DNA from: Eledone cirrhosa
Lineage: Eukaryota
Assembly: GCA_964016885.1 (NCBI GenBank)
Contig: OZ024743.1
Coordinates: 288,114,001-288,178,000, forward strand
Length of the DNA: 64,000 bases
Reading direction: 5' to 3'
The translations under genes were made by a program, and so were the position numbers. Shown piece after piece: positions 13,617 to 24,251 of this stretch; the first letter of the stretch is position 1, and each line of letters starts with the position of its first letter. The notes beneath the pieces are model-generated. The model was given only the letters and a program-made list of their open reading frames with translations. It had not been told where the DNA came from and made no database searches.

Positions 13617-15052
13617 GTCTATATGGACATAGATATATAGTACAAAATATTTCAACCGGTAGTTGATTTGCTAATTAGAACGTTAGATATTTATTCCGAC
13701 TCACAACTCTCTGAATTCAAATCCCGCCAAATTCCATCTTACCTTATATTCGAGGTCAATAACAATATTCCAATCTCGTTCTGATGCAGCCGTCACTATG
13801 GCTTGGACCACACAAGTAGGTATTGAAATTTAGACCTATAGAATATTTGAATTATTTGTTGCTCTATTACCAAGTAAAGGTACATGAACTGGTTGCTCTT
13901 GCTTTATGAAGACTATAAAATGAAGATATATGATTATTTGTACTCTTTAAGCAAATGTGAATGAATCCATAAATCCCTCTTTATAGTCAATTTCGACATT
14001 GTTGTTAACAGCTAATCTTTTGTGTGCAACAAATGAACGGTTACAATAGTACAGATAGAGGCTGTAAACTGGCAGATCCTTTAGAGCGTATAATAAAATA
14101 CCTTGCGGTATTTGTTATCTTTCATTGCACTCTGAGTTCAAATGTATCACCTCTTTTTATGGTCAATGTTGTTAAAAGTTAACCTTTCATATAATGAGCG
14201 AAAGTTAGCTACAAAAGTACGCAGAGTCGTTAGAACATAGGGCAAAATATCTTGTTATTCGTTCCGGCTCTTTCTCTTCTAAGTTCAAATACCACTCTGG
14301 CGTACGTGAGTGTAAACTTAATCCGCTGATTGACCTAACATCCTCACCAGGCTCTTGGGCATTTTCTATAAAGTCCACTGTGTTGCAATTATTTGGAAAA
14401 TAACTCCAATTTGATACCCTCCTCCAACCCCCCATCGCCTCCTCTGTCCATCCCACTAATCTTGGAAACCCTGAAAAAGAGTATCGGTACTATTCTTCTC
14501 TCCTTGTCGGATCGGTAAAAGAGCAATATTTAAACATAGATAAAAACCTCGTTCCGATTTATATTCGTAGTTTAAATTGTCACTGCTACTCATGGAGGTA
14601 GTGTAGGAATTTTGCATGAATAACATCCTTCATATTAAACTTAGATGTAGATGCAACAAGGACAAACGTTAAAAGATTTGCTTCAAAATCATGAATTTCC
14701 AGGATCAATCCCACTCTGCAGCATTTTGGTGAAGTATCATATATATATATATTTAGTTGTATGTGTGAAAGACTTATGTGTGAAATTGGGCACATAAACA
14801 AACAACACGCACACACTAACATACTCAAACACACACAAAAGAACACAAAAAACACACATAAACATAAACATATATTTACGCACACAAACATACACATGCC
14901 CATCTGAATACCATGAAACACAAAACAGAACGAATTGATGAACAAATTTTAAAATATCATTGTTTTTTTAAACCAACTTTCATAGAAATATCGATCAACG
15001 AAAACATAAAGAGACAATCGTACAAATACACACACATACACAAACGCACATA

Positions 15053-15144
<92 letters not shown>

Positions 15145-15442
15145 TTCAAATACCCAAACACAATGATGCAGTTAATGAAACAACACCAAACTTACTACCT
15201 TGTCTACGCCGACAAACAAAAACATCAACAATAGGCGGAATTATAAACGTTAATACTGATTAGAGTCAACATTAAAAAAAACTATATACTGCATACAAAA
15301 CACAATCTTCCAAAATAAAATCACTTATCTGAAGAGTGACGCGATGAACAAGAAGCTATTAAGCTATTCATCGACTCTGAAATGAAACAAGAAATAAAAT
15401 AGTGCTGCAAAAAATAAAAGCTTCTTCCATTATTATAACCAG

Positions 15443-15655
15443 TAATTGTTTCTACTTTTGGCACAAGGCCAGCAATTACCCAGTGCATTACTGGTACTTT
15501 ATTTTATCGACCCCGTAAGGATGAAAGGCAAAGTCAACCTCGGCGGGATTTGAACTCAGATCGTAAAGGGACGTAACTATGCTGGAAAGCATGGCGTCCG
15601 ACCCTCTACCGATACTGCCAATCCACCTGGCCTTGTGCCAAAAGTAGAAACAATT
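15443..15655 (-). mobile_element. SINE family A, full length, with an inverted second 3' end
   Basis: Full minus-strand copy 15443-15626, then a plus-strand tail tggccttgtgccaaaagtagaaacaatt. Flanked by the direct repeat attattataaccag. Confidence 0.9.
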
Positions 15656-15693
15656 ATTATAACCAGCAGAAAAACCACCCCTCGGGTGGTTTT

Positions 15694-16062
15694 TTGCTAG
15701 CATGTGTAGTGTGTATATTGATATTATACGCAAGTATATATGCATGTAGATATGATACATCAAATAAAATCGTAATTGATAATATACACAGAAATTCAAC
15801 GAAGACTCTATTACACTCTGTTATGTAATCAGTAACGTAATCCATGATACATTAAAAAAAGACGATATTATATATTTGTTAGCATGTGTGTATATTGATA
15901 TTATACGCAAGTATATATGCATGCAGATATGATCAAATAAAATCGTAATTGATAATATACACAGAAATTGAACGAAGACTGTGTTACACTGTCTTATGTA
16001 ATCAGTGATACATGTAATCTTATGTAATCCATGATACATTAAAAAAAGACGATATTATATAT
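15694..16062. repeat. Tandem duplication of about 180 bp
   Basis: The unit tagcatgtgt...gacgatattatata occurs at about 15694-15873 and 15876-16062. Confidence 0.9.
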
Positions 16063-16558
16063 AAACTGCATTAGGAGAAAATTAGTGACAGAAAGAAATA
16101 TATGAATATTTATTTAAACAATCTCTAACCGGAAGTGTTGATATTTTAAAATTTTAATAAAGTGAATCTTTAAATAAGTAATAAAATATATTTAATGAAC
16201 AGCCAGGAAATTTAGTAGATAAATTATGTAATATTCATTCATTAATCAGTAATCCAACTTATTTTACTAAGGGAATAACAAATTATAAACCATACGCAGT
16301 TCCGCGCTTCTTACTTTATTATACTTTAGAATCGGTCTGAGTTCAAATTCCGCCGGGGATAACTTTGTCTTTCATCTTTACATGGTCAATAAAATAAAGC
16401 ACCAGTAATGCACTGGGATAATTGCTGGCCTTGTGTCAAAAGTAGAAACAATTATTATAAATCTGGAACCACGACATGGAGTGTTTAAGATGGAACACAC
16501 CATAGATGATTGACCTAAAATATCAACAACAAATTACTATATATATATATATATATAT

Positions 16559-16652
16559 AACAAAGGAATTGTGGTAAGGAACCAAATGGACCATAACGCA
16601 CCAGAGTACTCAATACTTAGGGTAGTAGAGTGGATAATAGGAAAATGTTCAA
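16559..16652 (-). mobile_element. Solo tail of foldback family F1 in (TA)n
   Basis: aacaaaggaattgtggtaaggaaccaaatggaccataacgcaccagagtactc... is shared with 18829, 22263, 30886 and 55046. Confidence 0.75.
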
Positions 16653-17052
16653 TATATATATATGATGGCTGCAACTCGATTTCTATTAATCCCATCGCTT
16701 GATACTTAAACATGAGCATCATGTGCGTTGCTTTTTAAACCTGCTAGATACTGGCCCATCCCAGCATTGCAATGCATCACAGAAAATGTCACATATCAAG
16801 CGATGCCTCTGCTCGAAGCTTTTATAAGTGAGGAAAGTCTTTGCACGGGGCCAATCCCACTCTCTGAACATTGAATACATTTACCCCAAACGAACAACTG
16901 GTCTACATCATTGCAAACGAACACGCAGGTTTTATATCAGAATGGCATTCTCTTGAAGAGATGTTTTAATGAAGACTAGGAATCCCTCACACCACAAAAA
17001 AAAAAAAATTCTTTGTTGGATGGCTGTTGCCTCTCTTGAGTTTCCTCACACC

Positions 17053-17118
<66 letters not shown>

Positions 17119-17120
17119 GT

Positions 17121-17151
<31 letters not shown>

Positions 17152-17881
17152 CATACATAGAAAGAGAGAAAGAGTGAAAGAGAGCAAGAAAGACAGACTG
17201 ATTGACAGAGTGACAGGAAGAGAAAATAAGATCGTGTTAAATGATTGATACAGAAATAGAAATCCATAACGGCAAAAGCAAAACTATCAACAAAAGCAAT
17301 AAAACAATAAAAACAACAGCCATAAACAACAAATGAAAAGAAAAAAAGGGAAGGGACAACACGATAAATTAAGTCCCTCGGTTGTACGTAATTTCGGGTT
17401 CAAACTATTTCCAAATTTTCCAATAATGATCTGTGATCAAAAGTGATCTACAGTGATGATAATAATAATAATCCTAATGATAATAATAATCGTAATAATG
17501 ATAATGATGATGATGATCTATCTCACCTTCTGTGCCTTGTTTCACCTTGTGGACCATAGTCAAGTGTCATTTCAAAAATTTCCTTTGTGTAAAACAATTT
17601 CAATTTTCTCTGATTTTTCAATTTTAATTAAACAAAATGAACCACGAAACACATCTGACGCTCGTTCTTTCTGTCTTTCCCACTCATGCTGCTTTAAGCT
17701 ATCTTGTGTTGTTACAACAAAAGAGACAATTAAAGCAAAAATATTATAAAAATAACACATACGCACACTCACTTACATACACACATATATTCATAATAAA
17801 ATAATAAAATATACAAATAAATAAATACAATATTTAAATTAATAAATCCCAAATTATATATAATTATATACATATATGGGT

Positions 17882-17952
17882 GATGTGTTGGTGTAATGGT
17901 AGCACATTGGTCTGGATAACCAAAGATGTGGGTTCGACTCCCATGTATGTCA
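17882..17952 (+). pseudogene. tRNA-like cloverleaf (anticodon GGA); probable pseudo-tRNA or retroelement head
   Basis: D arm gtgt-aatggta-gcac, anticodon arm TTGGT-ctGGAta-ACCAA, T arm GTGGG-ttcgact-CCCAT. Acceptor stem mostly G.U, no long variable arm, T5 run about 10 nt downstream. Confidence 0.6.
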
Positions 17953-18070
17953 ATACTCATCTTTTTCCATTTCTCTGAGGGTTCTAAACCCCATTATCAG
18001 GCTAAAAATTTATTTAGTCAAAAATACGGTGAAAGCTTATATTTCTAATATATATATATATATATATATA

Positions 18071-18199
18071 GTAATAATAATAAATTTGAAGACTAAAATC
18101 TAAAGAGAGCTCGATAAGGATAAATATATATCAGATATATAAGAACCGTAGAGCAAATATTTATTAAAATAACAGATTAAAGTTTAATCTGTTATTTTA

Positions 18200-18205
<6 letters not shown>
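18071..18205. mobile_element. Foldback family F2 in (TA)n: 24-bp-arm hairpin plus about 85 nt tail
   Basis: tatttattaaaataacagattaaa-g-tttaatctgttattttaataaata. Tail gaagactaaaatc...ctcgata is shared with 24130-24198, 27266-27312 and 54835-54937. Confidence 0.7.
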
Positions 18206-18262
<57 letters not shown>

Positions 18263-18556
18263 GATAAATCTACCAAAATGTACGGTAGTGTCCAATCCGT
18301 ATGAAGAACTCAATGTAATCCGAATATCATGAAAAGAGATGTATTCAAAAAAATTTTTCGATGAAAATAATCTTTCATTCATAATATTCTTTCCATCCAA
18401 AACTGAAATCTACCTTCCTCTACCCCTAAATTAAGGTTCTATTACTACTATTTTACCATCTTGACCTTCACTATCTTTCTATAGGTCAATTCAAAATCTG
18501 TTCCCAAACAGACCTATTGTATTAAATCTTTGTTGTTTTTTTTCAATAAACAAATA

Positions 18557-18694
18557 TCATTATTTCTGAAGACAGCATATATATGTGTAGGTATGTATAT
18601 TCCTTCTGATAGTTTGTAAAAATCATACATAGATCTATATGATATGCATACCAACACTAACATATATATCCTAGAAACGATCGTAAAATGATGA
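18557..18694 (+). ncRNA. Type I hammerhead ribozyme with about 100-nt stem II
   Basis: Stem I tcattattt/aaatgatga (9 bp, one G.U), CTGAAGA at 18566, long imperfect hairpin, then GAAAC GATC GTA^ at 18674-18685. Confidence 0.75.
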
Positions 18695-18758
18695 ATTTTT
18701 TAATATAAGGAACTGTTTCTTTGTTTATTCATTATTCTTTGTTTATTCATTATTTTTA

Positions 18759-18828
<70 letters not shown>

Positions 18829-18830
<2 letters not shown>

Positions 18831-18921
18831 CGAAGGAAATGTGGTAAGGAACCAGGTGGACCATAACGCACCAAAGTACTCAATACTTAGGGTAGTAGAG
18901 TGGGTAATAGGAACTGGTTCC

Positions 18922-18926
<5 letters not shown>
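18829..18926 (-). mobile_element. Foldback family F1, minimal copy
   Basis: Family tail followed by the short hairpin taataggaac-tg-gttcctatta, between TA tracts. Confidence 0.8.
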
Positions 18927-18976
<50 letters not shown>

Positions 18977-19097
18977 TTCATTATGATTCCAGTTCCTCAG
19001 TGAAATAACAACCCAACCAGTAACTGGGCATATCAGAGTATTGACAAATTTATACACCTCAACAACATGTGTACTTGTCTCTACCACACTAATTCGG

Positions 19098-19152
19098 ACT
19101 GCCTAAAGAGGTCACAGCCAAAGATGGCTGTCACCGAAATATATATAGCAGT
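19098..19152 (+). ncRNA. Type I minimal hammerhead with G5>A core substitution (likely inactive)
   Basis: ACTGC CTAAAGA GGTcACAGCCA aaga TGGCTGTcACC GAAAT ATAT ATA^GCAGT, followed by aataaa. Confidence 0.8.
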
Positions 19153-19198
19153 AATAAACGAAGCCAAATTTTAAACATTTGACTTATTTATTTTATTT

Positions 19199-19249
<51 letters not shown>

Positions 19250-19528
19250 TATATATATATACACATATTGTCACTAAAAATGAAATATACAAACAAATAA
19301 TTGAAATAAAACAAAATATATATAAGCAAATTATATATAAATACATTCCTTATTTATATCTCCAAAATGGTTGAGGCACGTGTGTGCTTTTTCTCATTTT
19401 TACCAATCCTTCCGCTTCTCACTCTTTCTATTTTATCATTTATTTCTAATTTTATCCTGTTATTTCAAGCGTTAAACTAATATATTTCTTCAATGTTCTG
19501 CGTCGTTTGCTTTGTTATTTCTATTTAC

Positions 19529-19601
<73 letters not shown>

Positions 19602-19604
19602 CTC

Positions 19605-19646
<42 letters not shown>

Positions 19647-19829
19647 ATATATATATATATATATTGATTTCTCACGAATGAAACAGTTCTAGTTCTGTCG
19701 AAGCTTTTCTATATTAAAAAAAAATATATATATATACATATGTATATATACATAAAATAATAAAAATGAAGTAAATTAATAAATAAAAACGAATAGAAAG
19801 AAATATTTCTTCTTTTATTCTTAATAATT

Positions 19830-20340
19830 CTTTCTAACCTTGACACGAGACCAGCAACTTGAGGGCAGAGGAAAGTATATTATATCGACCATAGTACCTA
19901 ACTGTTACTTTATTTTAGCGAGCGGGAAAGCATCAAAGACAAAGTTGACTACGGCAGCATTTGAACTCAGAATTTAAGAAGTCGTAACTAAAGTAAATGC
20001 TGCAGATTATTTTATCTGCTGTTCTCTTAATGTCACCAATCAACCGCTCTCGTTTTCTATTAGGAATAATGGTTTCTTATATAGACACAAAGCCAGTAAT
20101 TTGGGGGAGGGGGAAAGTTGATTAAATCGACCCAGTACGTTACTGGTACTTTATTTTATCGACCGTATAAGGATGAAAGGCAAAGTTAACCTCGGCGGGA
20201 TTTGAACTCAGACCGTAAAAGGACCGTAACTCTATGCTGCAAAGAATGGCGTTCGACGCTCTACCGATACTGCCAATCCACCTCCATTTTTCTATTAGTA
20301 ATAATGGTTTCTTATATAGGCACAAGGCCAGCAATTTGAT
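19830..20340 (-). mobile_element. Tandem SINE family A copies
   Basis: Two copies plus a third tail. About 50 bp (ttttctattag.aataatggtttcttatatag.cacaa.gccag.aatttg) is duplicated at 20052 and 20287. Confidence 0.8.
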
Positions 20341-20426
20341 GTGAACGAGAAAGCCGACTATATAGACCACAGTTGCTGACTGGTATTTTACTTTAACGAT
20401 GATAATATTTATCATAATATTTTTTC

Positions 20427-20497
<71 letters not shown>

Positions 20498-20558
20498 AGA
20501 AGAAGAAGAAGAAGAAGAAGTGAATAAATATTATGATGAATACTACTACTACTACTAC

Positions 20559-20608
<50 letters not shown>

Positions 20609-20803
20609 TGCTAATGATGATATGGCTTTTGTTGTTGTAGTACTGTATTGTATTTTATTTTCATGTGGTATTTTCCTTTTGTTGATGTTGAAGTTTGCTG
20701 TTTGCTGTTTTATTGTTTCATCTATGACGCTAATAGCGAAAAGAATTACCTGCGGGAGATAGGGTGGAAGAGAACTGGGCGAAGGAAAAGATATAGGAAG
20801 ACG

Positions 20804-20889
<86 letters not shown>

Positions 20890-21019
20890 TAGATAGATAG
20901 ATAGAGAGAGAAAAAGAGAGAAAGAGAGAGAGAGAGAGATAGAAGAAGAAGAAGAAGAAGAAGAAGAAGAAGAAGAAGAAGAAGAAGAAGAAGAAGAAGA
21001 AGAAGAAGAAGAAGAAGAA

Positions 21020-21055
<36 letters not shown>

Positions 21056-21211
21056 GAAGAAGAAGAAGAAGCATGATAATATTTTGTATATTTTTTTCTT
21101 TTCCTAAGTTATAATAATAATAATTAAAGTTGCGAAGACAAGAATTTACAAATTGTTTTAAACAAATTTTCGAACCATTTTTATTTATTTATTTCATTAA
21201 TTTTTCTTACT

Positions 21212-21251
<40 letters not shown>

Positions 21252-21261
21252 TTATTTATTT

Positions 21262-21293
<32 letters not shown>

Positions 21294-21589
21294 TAATTAA
21301 AGGTAGAAACGTGGCTGAGGAATTGCGTGAGTGGGAACAGGAGGATTTGTTGAGGTGAGAAGGTGTGTGTTTTTCTGCGTTTGGTATTTTTATATTTTGG
21401 CAGTGGTGTGTGTATGAAGGAAAGCAGGGATAAGCGGGGGGGGGGGGGGGGACACACACACACAAAGAATATTACAAAAGAAGCAGTTTGTTAAAAGAAA
21501 TATTCTGTTGATTTTCTCTTTTTATATTTATTGTGTTTTTATGGGAATTATGAGAGACGTGGGATGAAAAATACAATATTATTTATTAT

Positions 21590-21770
21590 AATGGTAGTAT
21601 CGATAGAGGGTCAGAGACCATGCTTTGTAGCATAGAGTTACGCCCCTTTACGGTCTCAGTTCAAATCCCGCCGATATTAACTTTGCCTTTCATCCTTATC
21701 GGGTCGATAAAATAAAGTCCCACTAATAGACTAGGATAATTGCTGGCCTTGTGCCAGAAGTAGAAACAAT
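21590..21770 (+). mobile_element. SINE family A
   Basis: A/B boxes, central domain and tail as in other copies. Confidence 0.85.
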
Positions 21771-21939
21771 TATTATTATATATAATGATTTAATTTATCG
21801 GCCACAAGGGCCAGCATATAGGGGACATAATAATGTCAATGATAGTAGATTCTAATTACACACACACACATACTCACTCACAAACACACATACATATGTG
21901 TGCACTTATATCTTTCGATGACTTCCTTTCTATATATCC

Positions 21940-21984
<45 letters not shown>

Positions 21985-21985
<1 letters not shown>

Positions 21986-22203
21986 CGTTTCTGAATTTGT
22001 TTAGCAAGATTCTTTATCTGAAATCGTGTGTTGAAACCGATATTGTTATACTTTGGGAGGGTCATGTTGCCAATAAGAAACACACGCACCAGTTGCTTTC
22101 ACTTCAATTTATTATAATAAATTTATAAATTTATTATAATAAATTGAAGTGAAAGCAACTGGTGCGTGTGTTTCTTATTGGCAACATGACCCTCCCAAAG
22201 TAT

Positions 22204-22211
<8 letters not shown>
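21985..22211. mobile_element. pLTR-derived perfect palindrome (86-bp arms) plus about 55 nt tail
   Basis: 22040-22125 is the exact reverse complement of 22126-22211. Sequence (gggagggtcat; aaatcgtgtg..gaaac) is homologous to the pLTR end and tail of the 35.6-38.1 kb PLE. Confidence 0.9.
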
Positions 22212-22251
<40 letters not shown>

Positions 22252-22262
22252 TATATGTATAT

Positions 22263-22478
22263 ATAGGAAAAAGTATGAACCTGACGGCAGAGCTCAAGCC
22301 GTTTCGACGGCTATTTCTGGACTCAGACGGCTATTTCTGGAGTCCAGAAATAGCCGTCGAAACGGCTTGAGCTTTGCCGTCGGGTCATACTTTTTCCTAT
22401 TTCCCACTCTACTACCCTAAGTATTGAGTACTCTGGTGCGTTATGGTCCATCTGGTTCCTTACCACAATTCCTTGTTA
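22263..22478 (+). mobile_element. Foldback family F1
   Basis: About 60-bp arms (ataggaaaaagtatga...tcatactttttcctat), then a tail of about 78 nt ending ccttgttata. Confidence 0.85.
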
Positions 22479-22491
22479 TATATATATATAT

Positions 22492-22671
22492 CGTTATACT
22501 TGGGGAGGAGGTGGGGGGGGGGTCATATTGTTGTAATAATATTGCCAGAAATAATAATAGAACACACTCACTGTTTGGTTGGTTTTCGCTTCTGTATCTT
22601 TTATATCTCCATAGTTAATTTATTTGGCAATCAATGTTTATCATTGTTTTATCATCGGTTAAAAAATACAG

Positions 22672-22710
<39 letters not shown>

Positions 22711-22795
22711 ATCAAAGTTCTTTCGTCGCACATCTGCAACATCATCAGTGGTACTATTATCTTTCCTTCCATTGTATTGTAATGTCTACGTCATT
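22492..22795 (-). mobile_element. Solo pLTR of the 36-kb PLE family, with HHR-like core at 22721-22748
   Basis: Homologous to 35611-35900. Minus strand has CTGATGA T GTTGCA gatg TGCGAC GAAA. Confidence 0.85.
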
Positions 22796-22805
22796 TATAT
22801 ATATA

Positions 22806-22888
<83 letters not shown>

Positions 22889-22893
22889 TGAGA

Positions 22894-23132
22894 GGTAGTA
22901 CATTGGAAGGTAATATCCGTAGTGGTAGAGCACTCAATCCATGGGACGAGTTAGGTAGAAGTGGTTACACAACAGTTAGTTCACCATACCGAGAACAATT
23001 GTTTCACCTTAGCGGACCCTCAGCTCGTAATGGACATGATTATACGGAACATGTCCATTAGGAGCTGAGGATCCGCTAAGGTGAAACAATTGTTCTCGGT
23101 ACGGTGAACTAACTATTGTGTAACCACTTCTA
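22894..23132. mobile_element. Foldback family F3 with an HHR in each arm
   Basis: Arms 22956-23038 and 23050-23132, tail 22894-22955. Right arm reads gag CTGAGGA TCC gctaa GGT GAAAC AATT GTT^ctc. A short relative lies at 31092-31210. Confidence 0.8.
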
Positions 23133-23400
23133 TATATATATATATATATTTATATGAGTCCCGGGTTCAAGAGAAAAAAACTCTTTTTAGAAATATAGAC
23201 AATAGTACAATGACACAGATAAAACACACTCAAGTACCCCCCCCCCTCCTCACACACTCATATATACGAACACCCACCCATTTCAAGGTTCATTTATTCT
23301 AAGTAAACAAAAGGGTTTATGAGTGATTGATAATAGTTGTGAAGGTGGTGGAATTTGTAATAACAGCCATGACATATATATATATATATATATATATATA

Positions 23401-24110
23401 GTGTGGTGGCTCTACGGAATTTAATATCCTTGATCATCTTGAAGAGGTCTTCCTCAAATGGTTGGAGTAGGCTGTTGGTGGGTGGTGTCTTATTCGTTTT
23501 GAAGCCGAACTTCTCATCATTGGTAGATGCTACATCAGGGTTGTCGAGGAAGAAGGCCCTCCATCTAATTCGCTTGATGAACTCGTCGGTACGTCTGATG
23601 AGTGTTTTTAAGTATAGTTTCCTTGGAGGGATAGGGATGTTCTTCAAGGAAATATCAAGGTCGAGTTTGGTCAGCATGGTTTCTTGATGATGGTTATAAG
23701 GGGCACAGAGAGTGCTAAAATGTACGTTATTCCGGGTTGAATCGGAGGTAACCACAGTAAGTAAGGTACTCAATACATAGCAGAGTATAACAGTTTTAAT
23801 ATAGATGAGATTCTACAGGACTAGAACTGTTTCATTCATTAGAAATCATCAGGAATCTGGGTATCAAAAAATAAATATGGTATTTATAGGTCTCTACAAG
23901 TGGTAGGAGAGGGTGGGGAGTGGGATGGGTGCAGGTCATTGGTTGATAGAAAAGGGAATTCATTAAAAGCTAATTCTACAAAGCTATAGTTAATTTTTAT
24001 TTTTATTTATATTTATTTATGTTTTTAGAGTAACAAAGGCAGACAGAATTCTATAAACAGGTTCCGGATGGCATACCATTCCTTGTCAATAAGTTTCTCT
24101 TAAGCTAACA
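23401..24110 (-). mobile_element. PLE fragment (Neptune-like): pLTR with HHR running into the ORF N-terminus
   Basis: MLTKLDLDISLKNIPIPPRKLYLKTLIRRTDEFIKRIRWRAFF...KFGFKTNKTPP resembles PLE ORF N-termini. Cut off by (TA)n at 23401. Confidence 0.75.
23808..23858 (-). ncRNA. Type I hammerhead ribozyme, intact
   Basis: AGATTC CTGATGA T TTC taat GAA T GAA ACAG ttctagtc CTGT A^GAATCT: 6-bp stem I, 4-bp stem III, GUA triplet. Confidence 0.9.
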
Positions 24111-24203
24111 GATATATATATATTATATATTTGATATATATTTATCCTTATCGAGTCCGCTTTGGATTTTAGTCTTCACATTTATTTTTATTACTATATA
24201 TAT

Positions 24204-24251
<48 letters not shown>

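Noticed and set aside
15666-15700. GC hairpin followed by a T run, resembling a bacterial intrinsic terminator or Helitron 3' end
   Set aside because: Eukaryotic repeat context, and no other Helitron features were found.
15694-16062. 180-bp tandem pair as a possible retrozyme or CRISPR-like array
   Set aside because: No ribozyme core and no repeat-spacer structure; it is a simple local duplication.
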